Of a stretch of DNA of 64,000 nucleotides, positions 10,576 to 19,811 are shown piece after piece. Position 1 is the stretch's first letter. Each line of letters opens with the position of its first letter. The stretch is from positions 153,267-217,266 of the forward strand of contig CAVUZH010000005.1 in the NCBI GenBank assembly GCA_963745835.1, read 5' to 3'. This DNA is from an uncultured delta proteobacterium (GTDB lineage Bacteria; Desulfobacterota; Binatia; UBA9968). A program made the position numbers and the translations under genes. The notes under the pieces are model-generated. The model worked only from the letters and a program-made list of their open reading frames with translations. It made no database searches and was not told the DNA's origin.

Positions 10576-10807
10576 TGTGTTTCCTTTCGCTTTGGTAAGT
10601 CGTTTGTGTCAGTTGAAAACGCAAATTGTAATGTAAGCATGCCGTGCGGTGCAACTACAATTCGCCGTTACAAAAACTTCGTATTAGCTACACTGGGGTA
10701 ATGGACGGTACAGAATTTACGACTGCAGCAACCGAGATAAACGGCGGCGCCTCAATAGGCGCGACGTTTCTTTTTCAGCTTGGAAATCTCGCCAAGAACC
10801 TCATTGG

Positions 10808-11882
10808 GGGAGGAAGCTGGGGACGCTGTTGACTAACTGGACAAACTAGAATAGAGAGGGAGAGAATCGCTAAGGGCTACAGCGTATGCCGAGGCAGGCT
10901 AGACTGGATAGTCCCGGGACACTGCACCATGTGATGATCCGAGGGATTGAAAAGAAGCGGATCGTCGTTGACGAGCAAGACCGAAAAGACTTTGTGCGCC
11001 GATTGGGTTTATTGGCCGTGGAAACGAAGACGGCGGTCTATGCATGGGCGTTGATGAGTAACCATGCTCATTTGCTGGTTTGCAGCGGGACTGAGGGGTT
11101 AGCCAAGTTTATGCGGCGATTTTTGACCGGTTACGCGGTGAGTTATAACCTGCGCCATCGCCGCCATGGTCATCTTTTTCAGAACCGTTACAAATCGATG
11201 GTGTGCGACGGCGACAGCTATTTCACCGAGCTGGTGCGCTACATCCACTTAAATCCGTTAAGAGTGGAGTTGGTAAAGGATTTGAGGCAACTGGAGAGAT
11301 ATCCCTATTGTGGACATGGAACAATCTTGGGAGCGCAATCAAACGCCTGGCAAGACCGCGACAGCGTGTTGGCCCAGTTTAGCCAACGCGAAGCGGAAGC
11401 GAAGGAGGCATACCGGCGCTATATTGCCGAAGGAGTCGTGCTGGGGCGGCGGCCGGAGCTGGTTGGGGGGAGTGGATCGGTTGGCGAATGGTTTGCGGTG
11501 AAATCGCAGCGGCGACGCAGGACTGAAGAGTCAACTGATGAGCGGATTTTGGGCAGCGGAGCATTCGTAAAGCGTGTTCTAAAAGAAGCAGATGCGCGGA
11601 CACTCCGGCAAAACGCCTTCAAGAAAACCAAACGCTATGCGGAGCGTGTCGTTGCCGCGACCTGCAAGAAAGACGGCATATCGCTAACAGAACTCCGAAG
11701 CGGGAGCCGCCGTGGGAAACTGCCCGCCGTGAGAGTGAAGATCGTTCAGGGGCTTAGTGGAGGATTATGGCGTGCCCATCGCCGAGGTGGCTCGCCAAGT
11801 GGGTATCTCGACATCTGGAGTTTCAAAGATTCTGACACGAAGTTTGTCCAGCTAGTCAACAGCGTCCCGCATGTTCCCCTCT
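10808..11882 (+). mobile_element. Full-length RAYT-like Y1 element copy 3 with inverted ends
   Basis: Left end 10820-10845, right end 11843-11868; shared outer flanks gggaggaagct and gcatgttcccctct. Confidence 0.88.
10886..11855 (+). CDS. REP-associated-type HUH tyrosine transposase (Y1_Tnp) with C-terminal DnaA-C-like HTH; frameshift near 11750
   Basis: HHVMIRG, MSNHAHLL (HUH), GHLFQNRYKS, YIHLNP; C-terminal HTH VPIAEVARQVGISTSGVSK recovered via copy 2. Confidence 0.88.
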
Positions 11883-11987
11883 CGAATTAAAACGTAAGCT
11901 GCGCGCCGCTCTCACTGACATGCTCGAGGATCTCGCGGCCTTGTCAGGAAGTGAACAGAGCAAGGTATTATTCCCGCAGCGTAACTG

Positions 11988-12269
11988 TCATGGTGACGGT
12001 GGCGGTGGGGTCCTTTCGCGTGATCGATTCTCCAGCTCCTCTATTTTCTTCGTCTGACGTGAAATTGACGATCTTCTTTTTACTATAGCGGGAATCGATA
12101 TCAACAAAGTCACTAAAACTCCCAGGGCAAATGTTAATATCAGCACCAGAGCCAACGAGCCTTCAAATTTCCAAATAAAAAAAGTCACACCAACGGGAAT
12201 AGGATTCTGCAGTGCAAAGATGACAGTTAAAATGGCTAACCCTAATGCGACGATCAGGAACAAGTGCAT
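11988..12269 (-). CDS. LapA (DUF1049) family membrane protein
   Basis: IFALQNPIPVGVTFFIWKFEGSLALVL pattern, two TM segments plus coiled coil. Confidence 0.75.
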   Translation of the reverse strand: MHLFLIVALGLAILTVIFALQNPIPVGVTFFIWKFEGSLALVLILTFALGVLVTLLISIPAIVKRRSSISRQTKKIEELENRSRERTPPPPSP

Positions 12270-12781
12270 CGCAGAATCCTCCTTTTCAGGGGCTTCCTCA
12301 TCTTGTCCAATTCTTGTGATCGGGACAATAGCTCCAAAAAACTCGTTCATGATGGTGTGACGACTTGGTTACCGGCGAGTCGAAGCAGAGAAAGTTATTG
12401 ATCCAGTGCTATCAGTTTGCATATCGGCGCGCTTCGAGGCTTAGCCGAAGATTTTTTGGTGTGAAACGGACGCTCTGATGCACATGAAGCTCGTTCCAGT
12501 CGTTCCAACCGTTCAACCGCTGCGCTAATTTCAAAAACTTTTAGGACAGCGAATTTGCCGGCGAAATGATGCGCTAAGGCCAGAAAACGCGATCCCTTGG
12601 GACAAAGCTGTTGAAATGGCTAAGGCATAGCACCGTCGACCGTGAAGATTCCCCATGCTGACGCGCTTAAACTCCGATCGGAGAGTGATCGAGGATGAGA
12701 ATCAATAGCTCGATGAACTCGCCGGCTATGTTAGAAGCCGGTTATGCCGGGAATACTCGTGGTCGACAAACCGACTGCGCC

Positions 12782-12835
12782 ATAATCAACCGCGGCAACG
12801 GTCGTGCCGAGGTGTTTCATAAGAGCGAGCATTAC
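12782..12835 (+). pseudogene. Tiny remnant of another RAYT-type transposase
   Basis: Translates INRGNGRAEVFHKSEHY, resembling the N-terminal RAYT motif. Confidence 0.5.
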
Positions 12836-12882
12836 GTGTTCGATATCAAGCTACATGCTTTTTTGGCGGGGTTATGAGAAAA

Positions 12883-12912
12883 CAGGGAGGAAGCGCTTGG
12901 CTTTCCCCCCTG
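12883..12912 (-). terminator. Rho-independent terminator after hsp20
   Basis: Minus strand caggggggaaagc-caagc-gcttcctccctg followed by tttt. Confidence 0.6.
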
Positions 12913-12940
12913 AGTATCTGTTTGACGGTTCTGCGATGAA

Positions 12941-13387
12941 TCAATTCAAGCTTATAGCGATTTGTCTCGGCTTGGCCTCATCGGCTTTGGGAACTTGTAC
13001 TTCAAGTATGCCGTCCTTATAGGTCGCTTTGATGCCATCGGGGTTCACGGTTTGCGGCACGTGGAAGGATCGAGAAAATTTACCTGTAACCCGCTCGACC
13101 CGGTGGTACTCGACCCCACTGGCCGGCTCTTCAAGCTTTCTCTCGCCACTGAGTGTCAATATGCCCTCGTTTACTTCGGTTTTGAGATCCTCATTTCTCA
13201 TCCCCGGCAGCTCGGCGCGAATGAGATACGAATCCTTACTTTCAAGAATGTCCACGGGAGGATACCAGACTCCAGCAGCAGCACTCTGTTGCGCCCGTGT
13301 ACGACCCAACGCATCTTCGAATAGCTCGTTGATCCGGGACTGAATTCTGTTTACACCCTCAACCTGTTCCCATCTTACTAGTTCCAT
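12941..13387 (-). CDS. Hsp20/alpha-crystallin small heat shock protein
   Basis: WYPPVDILE, AELPG, GKFSRSF, ATYKDGILEV.VPK. Confidence 0.92.
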   Translation of the reverse strand: MELVRWEQVEGVNRIQSRINELFEDALGRTRAQQSAAAGVWYPPVDILESKDSYLIRAELPGMRNEDLKTEVNEGILTLSGERKLEEPASGVEYHRVERVTGKFSRSFHVPQTVNPDGIKATYKDGILEVQVPKADEAKPRQIAISLN

Positions 13388-13589
13388 AATTAGCACTCCT
13401 TTTTAAACCTTTTCTTAAACTGATGAGAAGGTAAGCACGGCGGGGCACTGTGTCAAGCGGAAGTAAAACTGCGGAGTTGGGTTAACCCCGACTTAACGGA
13501 CGCGCCTGGATGAGACATTGAGGGGGAGCATTGAGGGTCAGGTTGAACGGAGTTGCTTTGCGCATCGCGACTTTCTTGCGGTCCGCTTC

Positions 13590-13835
13590 TCAGGCTTTGC
13601 TGGGGCCCGAGTTCTCAGTATCCGGCCAATAATTGAGGGCGTGCAGAGCGTCGCGGATCGGCTGTAGCAGTTTGGGTTGCGGGCCGGGCATGCCTTCTTC
13701 CTCCGCGACTTCCATCAACGTCGCTTCCTGTTCCCATCGCCCGAAGGATTTCAATTTTTTGCTGGCGCGACAGTTCTTGATTTGAAACCACTTCTTGAGG
13801 GCTCTTAAAAACGGCTGCGGGATTCAGCTTTGCGG
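13590..13835 (-). pseudogene. Hypothetical protein, frameshifted and 5'-truncated by repeat unit at 13838
   Basis: NPAAVFKSPQEVV...KIEILR, then shifted WEQEATLMEVAEEEGM. Confidence 0.5.
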
Positions 13836-13837
13836 GT

Positions 13838-14085
13838 GGGAACCAGCGCCGGGTCGGACCGGAGTAAACTGTTTGATTAAACAAACGAACATGCAATAAA
13901 TAGCGTCGTTTAAGGGCTTAGAGGCAGCTTTTTGATGCCGAAAAGGGGTTTCTAAGGAAGACGATGCCACGCGCCAACCGCTATTTCCTGCCCGGATACG
14001 TCTGGCACATCACCACCAACATTGAAGCCAGTTCCAAAACGTTCCAACCGTTCAATCGCTTCGCTCCGTTCAAGACGTTCAAAGC
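13838..14085 (+). repeat. Repeat unit (palindromic site + promoter-like region + RAYT 5' stub + 9-mer repeat), copy A, empty IS110 target
   Basis: Matches 15501-15519 joined to 17077-17299. Confidence 0.85.
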
Positions 14086-14211
14086 CAGAACTCGGAGGCG
14101 AAGAAGCGCTTTGGACTTTGTGTGCTCGATTACATTGTGACATCCAATCACATTCATCTTCTGGTCAAAGACACTGGAGAAAACGTCATCGCTGAGAGCA
14201 TGCAGCTCATT
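13964..14211 (+). pseudogene. Second-family RAYT transposase remnant
   Basis: MPRANRYFLPGYVWHIT / 9-mer repeat / EAKKRFGLCVLDYIVTSNHIHLLV (HUH)...SMQLI. Confidence 0.8.
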
Positions 14212-14436
14212 AGAATACCGAAGCCCGTTCCAATCGTTCCAGCCGTTCAACCGCTTCGCTCCGTTCAAGACGTTTCGGACTACGACTGCCAGTATTGAGC
14301 GGATTCGCGGATCTCCATCAATGGCTGGAGCAGAAGCAGGTCCTCACGTCGCTCGACCTCAAACACGTACTGAGTTAGGTTTGAAAAACACACGAATGAC
14401 TGCTGACAATCACAAAATAACGAAAGGAGCACGCGG

Positions 14437-15465
14437 ATGAATTATCTACGTAATGCATCGAAGAAGAGGAATTGGATCGCTGCATATCTATTCTCAGCAT
14501 TGCTTCTCTCACCTTCACTCTATGCAGCTTCGGATTCGAAGATCATTGAGGCGGCGAAAAAAGATGGCGAGTTGATGTTGTGGACCAGTAGCGATATGCG
14601 GACGGCAAGTCGCTTGGTGGAGCGTTTTGAGCAAAGATATCCGTTTGTAAAAGTTAAAATATTCAGAACCGGAACGGGTGCCCTCCATAACAAGGTCACG
14701 ACAGAGGCGTTGGCGGGAAAGCACAACTGGGACGTGATGAACACGTTGATGCCCACGCGCGACTTAATCGAAAGAAAGTTGCTCGCTCCATACAGCTCTC
14801 CGGAAGCCGGAATGCTGTTGGACCAGAGCCTTCGAGACCCAACGGGATATTGGACCGCGATTTATGCGATCCCCTTTGTGTTGGGGTACAACACAAACCT
14901 GGTTAAACCTGCGGAGGCGCCTAAAAGTTATGGCGAACTTTTAGGCCCTCAGTGGAAAGGAAGCAAAATATCCATTGATCAAGATGGTTATGAGCTCCTC
15001 CAGGGTCTGATCCTTTCGTGGGGAAAAGAAAAAGCGGTGGACTATCTGAAGAAGCTTGCATCCCAGCAACCCGTCTCAAGACGTGGGAATTCGCTCCGTG
15101 TGCAGCTTGTTACGGCTGGCGAGCATCCGTTGCTCATCTCTATGGCGAGCCCCATTCAACTGGTTCGCCGCGATGGCGCACCAATCAATTGGATTCCCCT
15201 GGAACCCGTTCCGGTGAGCTTCCACGCGATAGCCCTGGCGGAACATGCTTCACATCCGAATGCCGCAAAGCTGTATATCGATTTTGTTCTTTCACCCGAC
15301 GGCCAAGAAACTCTTCGCAGTGTCCAGAGAATACCAGTGCGTAAGGACGTCGAAGCAGACCCACCGACCTTGTTCAAAGGATATAACCGGATTATGCTCC
15401 AGCCCATGAAAACCGAGGAATTTAACGAGATCTTGAGCCTTTACAACAACATATTTGGTCGTTGA
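14437..15465 (+). CDS. ABC transporter extracellular solute-binding protein
   Basis: Signal peptide, IEAAKKDGEL, HPNAAKLYIDFVLS. Confidence 0.85.
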   Translation: MNYLRNASKKRNWIAAYLFSALLLSPSLYAASDSKIIEAAKKDGELMLWTSSDMRTASRLVERFEQRYPFVKVKIFRTGTGALHNKVTTEALAGKHNWDVMNTLMPTRDLIERKLLAPYSSPEAGMLLDQSLRDPTGYWTAIYAIPFVLGYNTNLVKPAEAPKSYGELLGPQWKGSKISIDQDGYELLQGLILSWGKEKAVDYLKKLASQQPVSRRGNSLRVQLVTAGEHPLLISMASPIQLVRRDGAPINWIPLEPVPVSFHAIALAEHASHPNAAKLYIDFVLSPDGQETLRSVQRIPVRKDVEADPPTLFKGYNRIMLQPMKTEEFNEILSLYNNIFGR

Positions 15466-15539
15466 GCGCGCGCTGAAAACAGCCAAGTAATCACTCGCTG
15501 TGGAACCGGCGCCGGGTCGCCCATTAGCAGGCAGGTCAA

Positions 15540-15965
15540 GAGGGCACAGACGTTCCTGTGAGAATTTTTTCTTATTCCCTTTTTCAACCCTCGCGGAATG
15601 TGTGATCGCTGATTGACGCGCCCCTGTTTTCAATCAGTTGGTGTCGGATCGCATAGGTCCGCACCAGTCACCCATCAGGTTCAAGGCTTTGGAGCTGTCC
15701 CTACTGGGCAGTGATCTCCCGCCCCTGGCAATTTTCATTGCCCCAGAAAACTATCGGTACCACGCCGCGTCCAAGGTTATAGGATCACAGATCCTGTGGC
15801 TCTCCGTGTTCGGGGGCCAACCCTATTGTGGCTCACGGCGTGGGCGTACCATCGAATCACAGCACCGCCGAGTTGTCGATATGTAAAGGGACGGGATAGC
15901 CGCCAATCGGACCATGTGGTTCTAAGCCAACCCGGTAATAGGCTCACTATCCCATCCCAACCGTT
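15540..15965 (-). ncRNA. Putative bridge/seek RNA of the IS110 element
   Basis: Contains CCGGGTTG and GGTCCGA (target halves) and ATGGGTGA (donor half); RNA ends not determinable. Confidence 0.65.
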
Positions 15966-15977
15966 AAATGGATCTTG

Positions 15978-16995
15978 CTAAGCAAAGGCCTTCGTGAGAT
16001 CAAACGCCACCTGATCTTTGATAATGTAGTAACAAGCCCGGCAGAGCTTGTGCGCCACTGCTTTGATCCCCACAATCGCATTGCTCTTGGATTTCTTTTT
16101 CTGATAGAAGCTTTTGATCTTCGAATTAAACCGGATCGCGAAGTTGGCCGCCTCCACAAAACGCCCAGGCCAAATACTTATTGCCGTTCTTGGTGTTGCC
16201 AGTTCCTTTACGCTTGCCGTTGCTGATCTTCTGGCTCCCCACACACCGGCAGTACGACGCGTAATTTCCGACACTGGCAAATCTCTCGATCTCTCCGGTC
16301 TCGAGCATGATAGTCAGCGCCAGGATGGGCCCGATTCCGGGTACCGTCTTTAGAAACCTGAACTGAGAGCGCAGCTTGACTCGGTCTTGGACGGTTTTTT
16401 CCAGGATCTCGATCTGGGCATCAGCGCTGTTCATCACCGCCAGATTGGCTTTGAGCGCTAGGACGAGATCCGGGTTGGGCAACACTCCATCGACGCGTTG
16501 GATATTGAGCGCTTTGATGTACTGGGCGCTGATCGTGTTCCCCGTGGTGCGGCTTATCAGACTCTGGATACTCAGAAGATTCGCCGTCCTTTGATGCACG
16601 AGCTGGCCCCGCTTACGCAACAAATCACGCAGCGCTCGCTCCTGCTTCGGATAGATGTAGCCCTCGGGTAAGACCCCGAGCCGGAGCAGATGGGCCAGCC
16701 ACCGCGCATCGCTGTGGTCGTCGGTATACTTCAGCCCACTGTACTGCTGGATGGCCGCCGTGTTGGCGAGATGAAGTCGGTAGCCCTTCTCCATCAGTCC
16801 ATCAACCAGCCAGTACCAGTTATAGGTAGACTCCACCACGATGTCCTGAAGCGATCTCCGATAGGTTGACAGTTCCTGTGTGATCAACGAAAGATCGTTG
16901 GGCAAACGCTTCTGATACACCACTTGATCTTGCTCATTGATCACCACCGTCACGTTGTTGGTGGAATGCAAATCGATTGCTCCGTACAATTTCAT
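15978..16995 (-). CDS. IS110 family recombinase/transposase (frameshift near 16160)
   Basis: AIDLH, VVEST, KYTDDHSDA (DEDD), TVPGIG, SNGK, NGNKYL. Confidence 0.92.
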
Positions 16996-17076
16996 CCCGG
17001 TTCCTCCTTTGAGTGGGTGTGGGGTTGTTTCCCCGCACGTTACGGCCTCTCGAAGGACCCTGCTAGATGATTATCG

Positions 17077-17299
17077 GACCGGAGTAAACTGTGATTAAAC
17101 AAACGAAGAGGCAATAAATAGCGTCGTTTACGGACTTAGAGGCAGCTTTTTGATGCCGAAAAGCAAGTTTCTAAGGAAGACGCGATGCCACGCGCCAACC
17201 GCTATTTCCTGCCCGGATACGTCTGGCACATCACCACCAACGCTGAAGCAAGTTCAATCGTTCAAACCGTTCAACCGCTTCGCTCCGTTCAAAACGTTT
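17077..17299 (+). repeat. Repeat unit copy B (RAYT 5' stub 17185-17241 + 9-mer repeat)
   Basis: Near-identical to 13857-14085. Confidence 0.85.
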
Positions 17300-17364
17300 T
17301 ACAAGCGAATACCAAAGCATTGTGATGTGATCGAAGCAGACAACATATCGCGAAGCCGCCTTTT

Positions 17365-17937
17365 CTACTGAAAGACGATCATATCCGTGCGGCTCAGGGT
17401 TGAGGCGTTGGCCTTCAGCGGTTCGTTGGTGGCGTTGGCGCTATTCTGATTCAGTATTTGGAATTGGCCGATCGCCACTTCGTAGTCCGTTGCGGCTAAG
17501 CTGGCATCTGTCGGTACAACGACCGTGTATCCCCGCAGTGTCGCTCCGACCGATGTATAGACCACCGAGCCGCTGACCTTCCAGCCGGTAAGAATCAGCG
17601 TCGTGATCCCCTTGGCCTTCAGCGTTTCGTCGAGATCCGTGTTGTAGAATCGGTCCTGAGCATACGACTTGACCACAGGGTCGCCCGGAGCAGGAGCGAC
17701 CTCCGGCATCCACTTCGAGCTCTCCGGCTCCCGGGTAGAGTACAGGACGAACACGCCGGCTTTTCGTGCCCGCGCCAGCAGCGAGGCGAGGGCCGGCACC
17801 ATGACCCCGGTGCAATTCGGCTGGTTTTTGCAAATACGATCGATCATGTCGAATACCAACAACGCCGTGGTCGCGGGTTGAAGGACAACTCTCACCGGGT
17901 CGGGAAGGGCCGGCATTTGCAGTGTCAGCATTGACAT
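17365..17937 (-). CDS. Isochorismatase/cysteine hydrolase family protein
   Basis: TALLVFDM, FYNTDLDETLKAKGITTLILTG, RGYTVVV. Confidence 0.82.
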   Translation of the reverse strand: MSMLTLQMPALPDPVRVVLQPATTALLVFDMIDRICKNQPNCTGVMVPALASLLARARKAGVFVLYSTREPESSKWMPEVAPAPGDPVVKSYAQDRFYNTDLDETLKAKGITTLILTGWKVSGSVVYTSVGATLRGYTVVVPTDASLAATDYEVAIGQFQILNQNSANATNEPLKANASTLSRTDMIVFQ

Positions 17938-17966
17938 GGGGTTCCTCCGTAGAGCGCGAGCGTTAG

Positions 17967-18091
17967 CAGGCTGTTGAAAAAGGCCCACCTGCTTCGTTGC
18001 GCTCGATCGCTTCGCTCCAACGTATCAGTAAATATGCCTCCGCTCATCGATTTCTCGCGCGCCTCGCATCTGGACCTTTTTGAACAGCCTG
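17967..18091. mobile_element. 125-bp MITE-like element
   Basis: caggctgttgaaaaagg ... cctttttgaacagcctg inverted ends; second copy 47835-47959. Confidence 0.75.
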
Positions 18092-18318
18092 AAGTCAGGT
18101 TTTTCAACAAACGGCTCTTCGAGTATCCGCCGAGCTCTGTATTGTAAATTTGAAACTTTATCTCTTGCGAAAGAAATATCGCCGGTGGGGAAAGGTGTCA
18201 ACAGAATGTGGTGTTTGCTTGCCGTACAACTTGCAGCGACCTTTGCGGTAGATTCCCGTAATGACCAATGAAGCCGCCCGAAGCGGCTCAGGCTCGACAA
18301 GCGCCAATTGAGTTTTGA

Positions 18319-18673
18319 GGGACGTTGTTGACTAGCTGGAATAACTCTCGACGATGCCCGTCGGACTGGAAAATTTCCCCGGATTGCGGGAGGTGGTCGG
18401 CGGTTTGCTAAACCCTCATCTTGGTTTTTTTCCAAGGTAAATATCGAAGAACGAATGCAATCGTTGCTCGTTTGTAAACCTTCTCAATGAAGGAAGGAAG
18501 ATGCGTCTCACCGTGAGATGAACGGGTAATCGATTCAGCCCACGCACACGTAAGCACGAACACGACAGCTGGCCGGTCAGTCGTTTGGAACCATTGGAAC
18601 TTTTGGAACCATTGGAACGAATGAATTCTCAGACCGGCGACTTCAAGGTCGCAAGCTTTTCTGTCAGCTTCAT
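18319..18673 (-). repeat. ~355-bp direct repeat, copy 1 (RAYT-end motif + 9-mer repeat + acetolactate synthase 3' tip)
   Basis: Near-identical to 20793-21155. Confidence 0.88.
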
Positions 18674-18876
18674 TGAGGACGCGTATCCGGTGTCAGCCTT
18701 GCTTAAGTTGCCTAACTAGATTCACTTCATACTATTGTTTCGAGTTACTCATGATAGGCAAGTCCGATGGTAGACACGGACTCTCCGGCTTTCGACATCT
18801 CGCCCTGGATGGCGGGACGGCTCAACCGAGCTGATGAATTTCTGTTAGCTTAACCGTGGCGGAACCGACATTCAAA

Positions 18877-19161
18877 TCAGGCGATTCTTCGCACCTTGAT
18901 CTTGCCGGCATGTTTTTCGGCCTCGGCGAGATCATATTCCATCTGGAGCCCAAGCCACACGTCCGGTTTGCTGCCGAAAGCTTTCGATAAGCGAATGGAC
19001 ATTTCCGGGGAAACACCGGCCTTGCCATTTATAACATTGTTAAGAGCTTGTCGGGTCACACCCAGTCGTGCCGCCGCTTCTGTTATAGTCAGACCCAACG
19101 GTTCTATGCATTCCTGGCGGATAATCCTACCCGGATGCGGTGGGTTTTTCATGCGTCCCAT
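18877..19161 (-). CDS. higA: HigA family antitoxin
   Basis: PPHPGRII, HTH AAARLGVTRQAL, SPEMSIRLSKAFG..WLGLQ. Confidence 0.92.
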   Translation of the reverse strand: MGRMKNPPHPGRIIRQECIEPLGLTITEAAARLGVTRQALNNVINGKAGVSPEMSIRLSKAFGSKPDVWLGLQMEYDLAEAEKHAGKIKVRRIA

Positions 19162-19196
19162 CTCTTCTCCTTTTGCCTATCCGGCCAAGGACAGGC

Positions 19197-19475
19197 TTAA
19201 TGATAGTCGACCAAATTGACATCATACGCATCGCCATTCTTGAATCGAAACACTATGCGCCAGTTCGCCCGCACGATAACACTCCAGAACCCCTTCAGTT
19301 CTCCTCTCAGCGGATGCAGTCCAAAGCCGGGGAGACTCATGTCTTCAGGTCCTTGGGCGCGGTTCAAAACAGCGAGAATGTTTTCAATCTTCGGAATGTG
19401 ATCGGCGCTAACACCTCTGGTTTCGCCATCTTCAAATAGGCGTTTCAAGCCTTTGTGCTTGAAAGTTCGAATCAC
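19197..19475 (-). CDS. higB: HigB (RelE/ParE-like, plasmid maintenance killer) toxin
   Basis: IRTFKHKGLKRLF, LHPLRGELKGFWSV..NWRIVFRF, LVDYH. Confidence 0.92.
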   Translation of the reverse strand: MIRTFKHKGLKRLFEDGETRGVSADHIPKIENILAVLNRAQGPEDMSLPGFGLHPLRGELKGFWSVIVRANWRIVFRFKNGDAYDVNLVDYH

Positions 19476-19715
19476 GTGAGGTTGTTTTTACAGCTTTCCG
19501 TTTAGTATTATCTTATCTTATATTTCTATTGTTGCTCGTATTTACCATGACAAGTGGCACTTGTCAATTGTCAGAGAGGGTCTTAGGCGGTTCATCTCGA
19601 CTGCCATTGGGCCATATCACTCGTAGATAATTCTCTTCAATTCCGCCTCGGCAGCCGTAGATTAAGAGCTGACCGGAGGGTCCACCGTTTAGCGCGTTTT
19701 CTTAAGGGGTGCCAA

Positions 19716-19811
19716 GGGGCGTCGTTGACTAGCTGGAATAAGTCTCGACTGCGATCATCGGACTGCGAGAGTCATCAGTGATTTATGGGAAGCGGTCGGC
19801 AGTTTGCTAAA
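19716..19811 (-). repeat. Diverged ~95-bp copy of the RAYT-end-bearing repeat
   Basis: ggggcgtcgttgactagctggaataagtctcgac...ggtcggcagtttgctaaa vs 18319-18411. Confidence 0.75.

Larger units (their letters stand above)
15520..17076 (-). mobile_element. IS110-family (IS1111-type) insertion sequence, TCG core
   Basis: Flanks gccgggTCG| and TCG|gaccggag rebuild the empty site at 13848-13864; subterminal IR tagcagg/cctgcta; long non-coding region downstream of the transposase. Confidence 0.9.

Noticed and set aside
9850-10807. Intact prophage
   Set aside because: Under 1 kb, truncated ORFs, no integrase, att sites or structural genes
12883-12912. gggaggaagc matching the RAYT element outer left tail
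   Set aside because: Only 10 bp, no inverted-end motif follows, and it is explained as the hsp20 terminator stem
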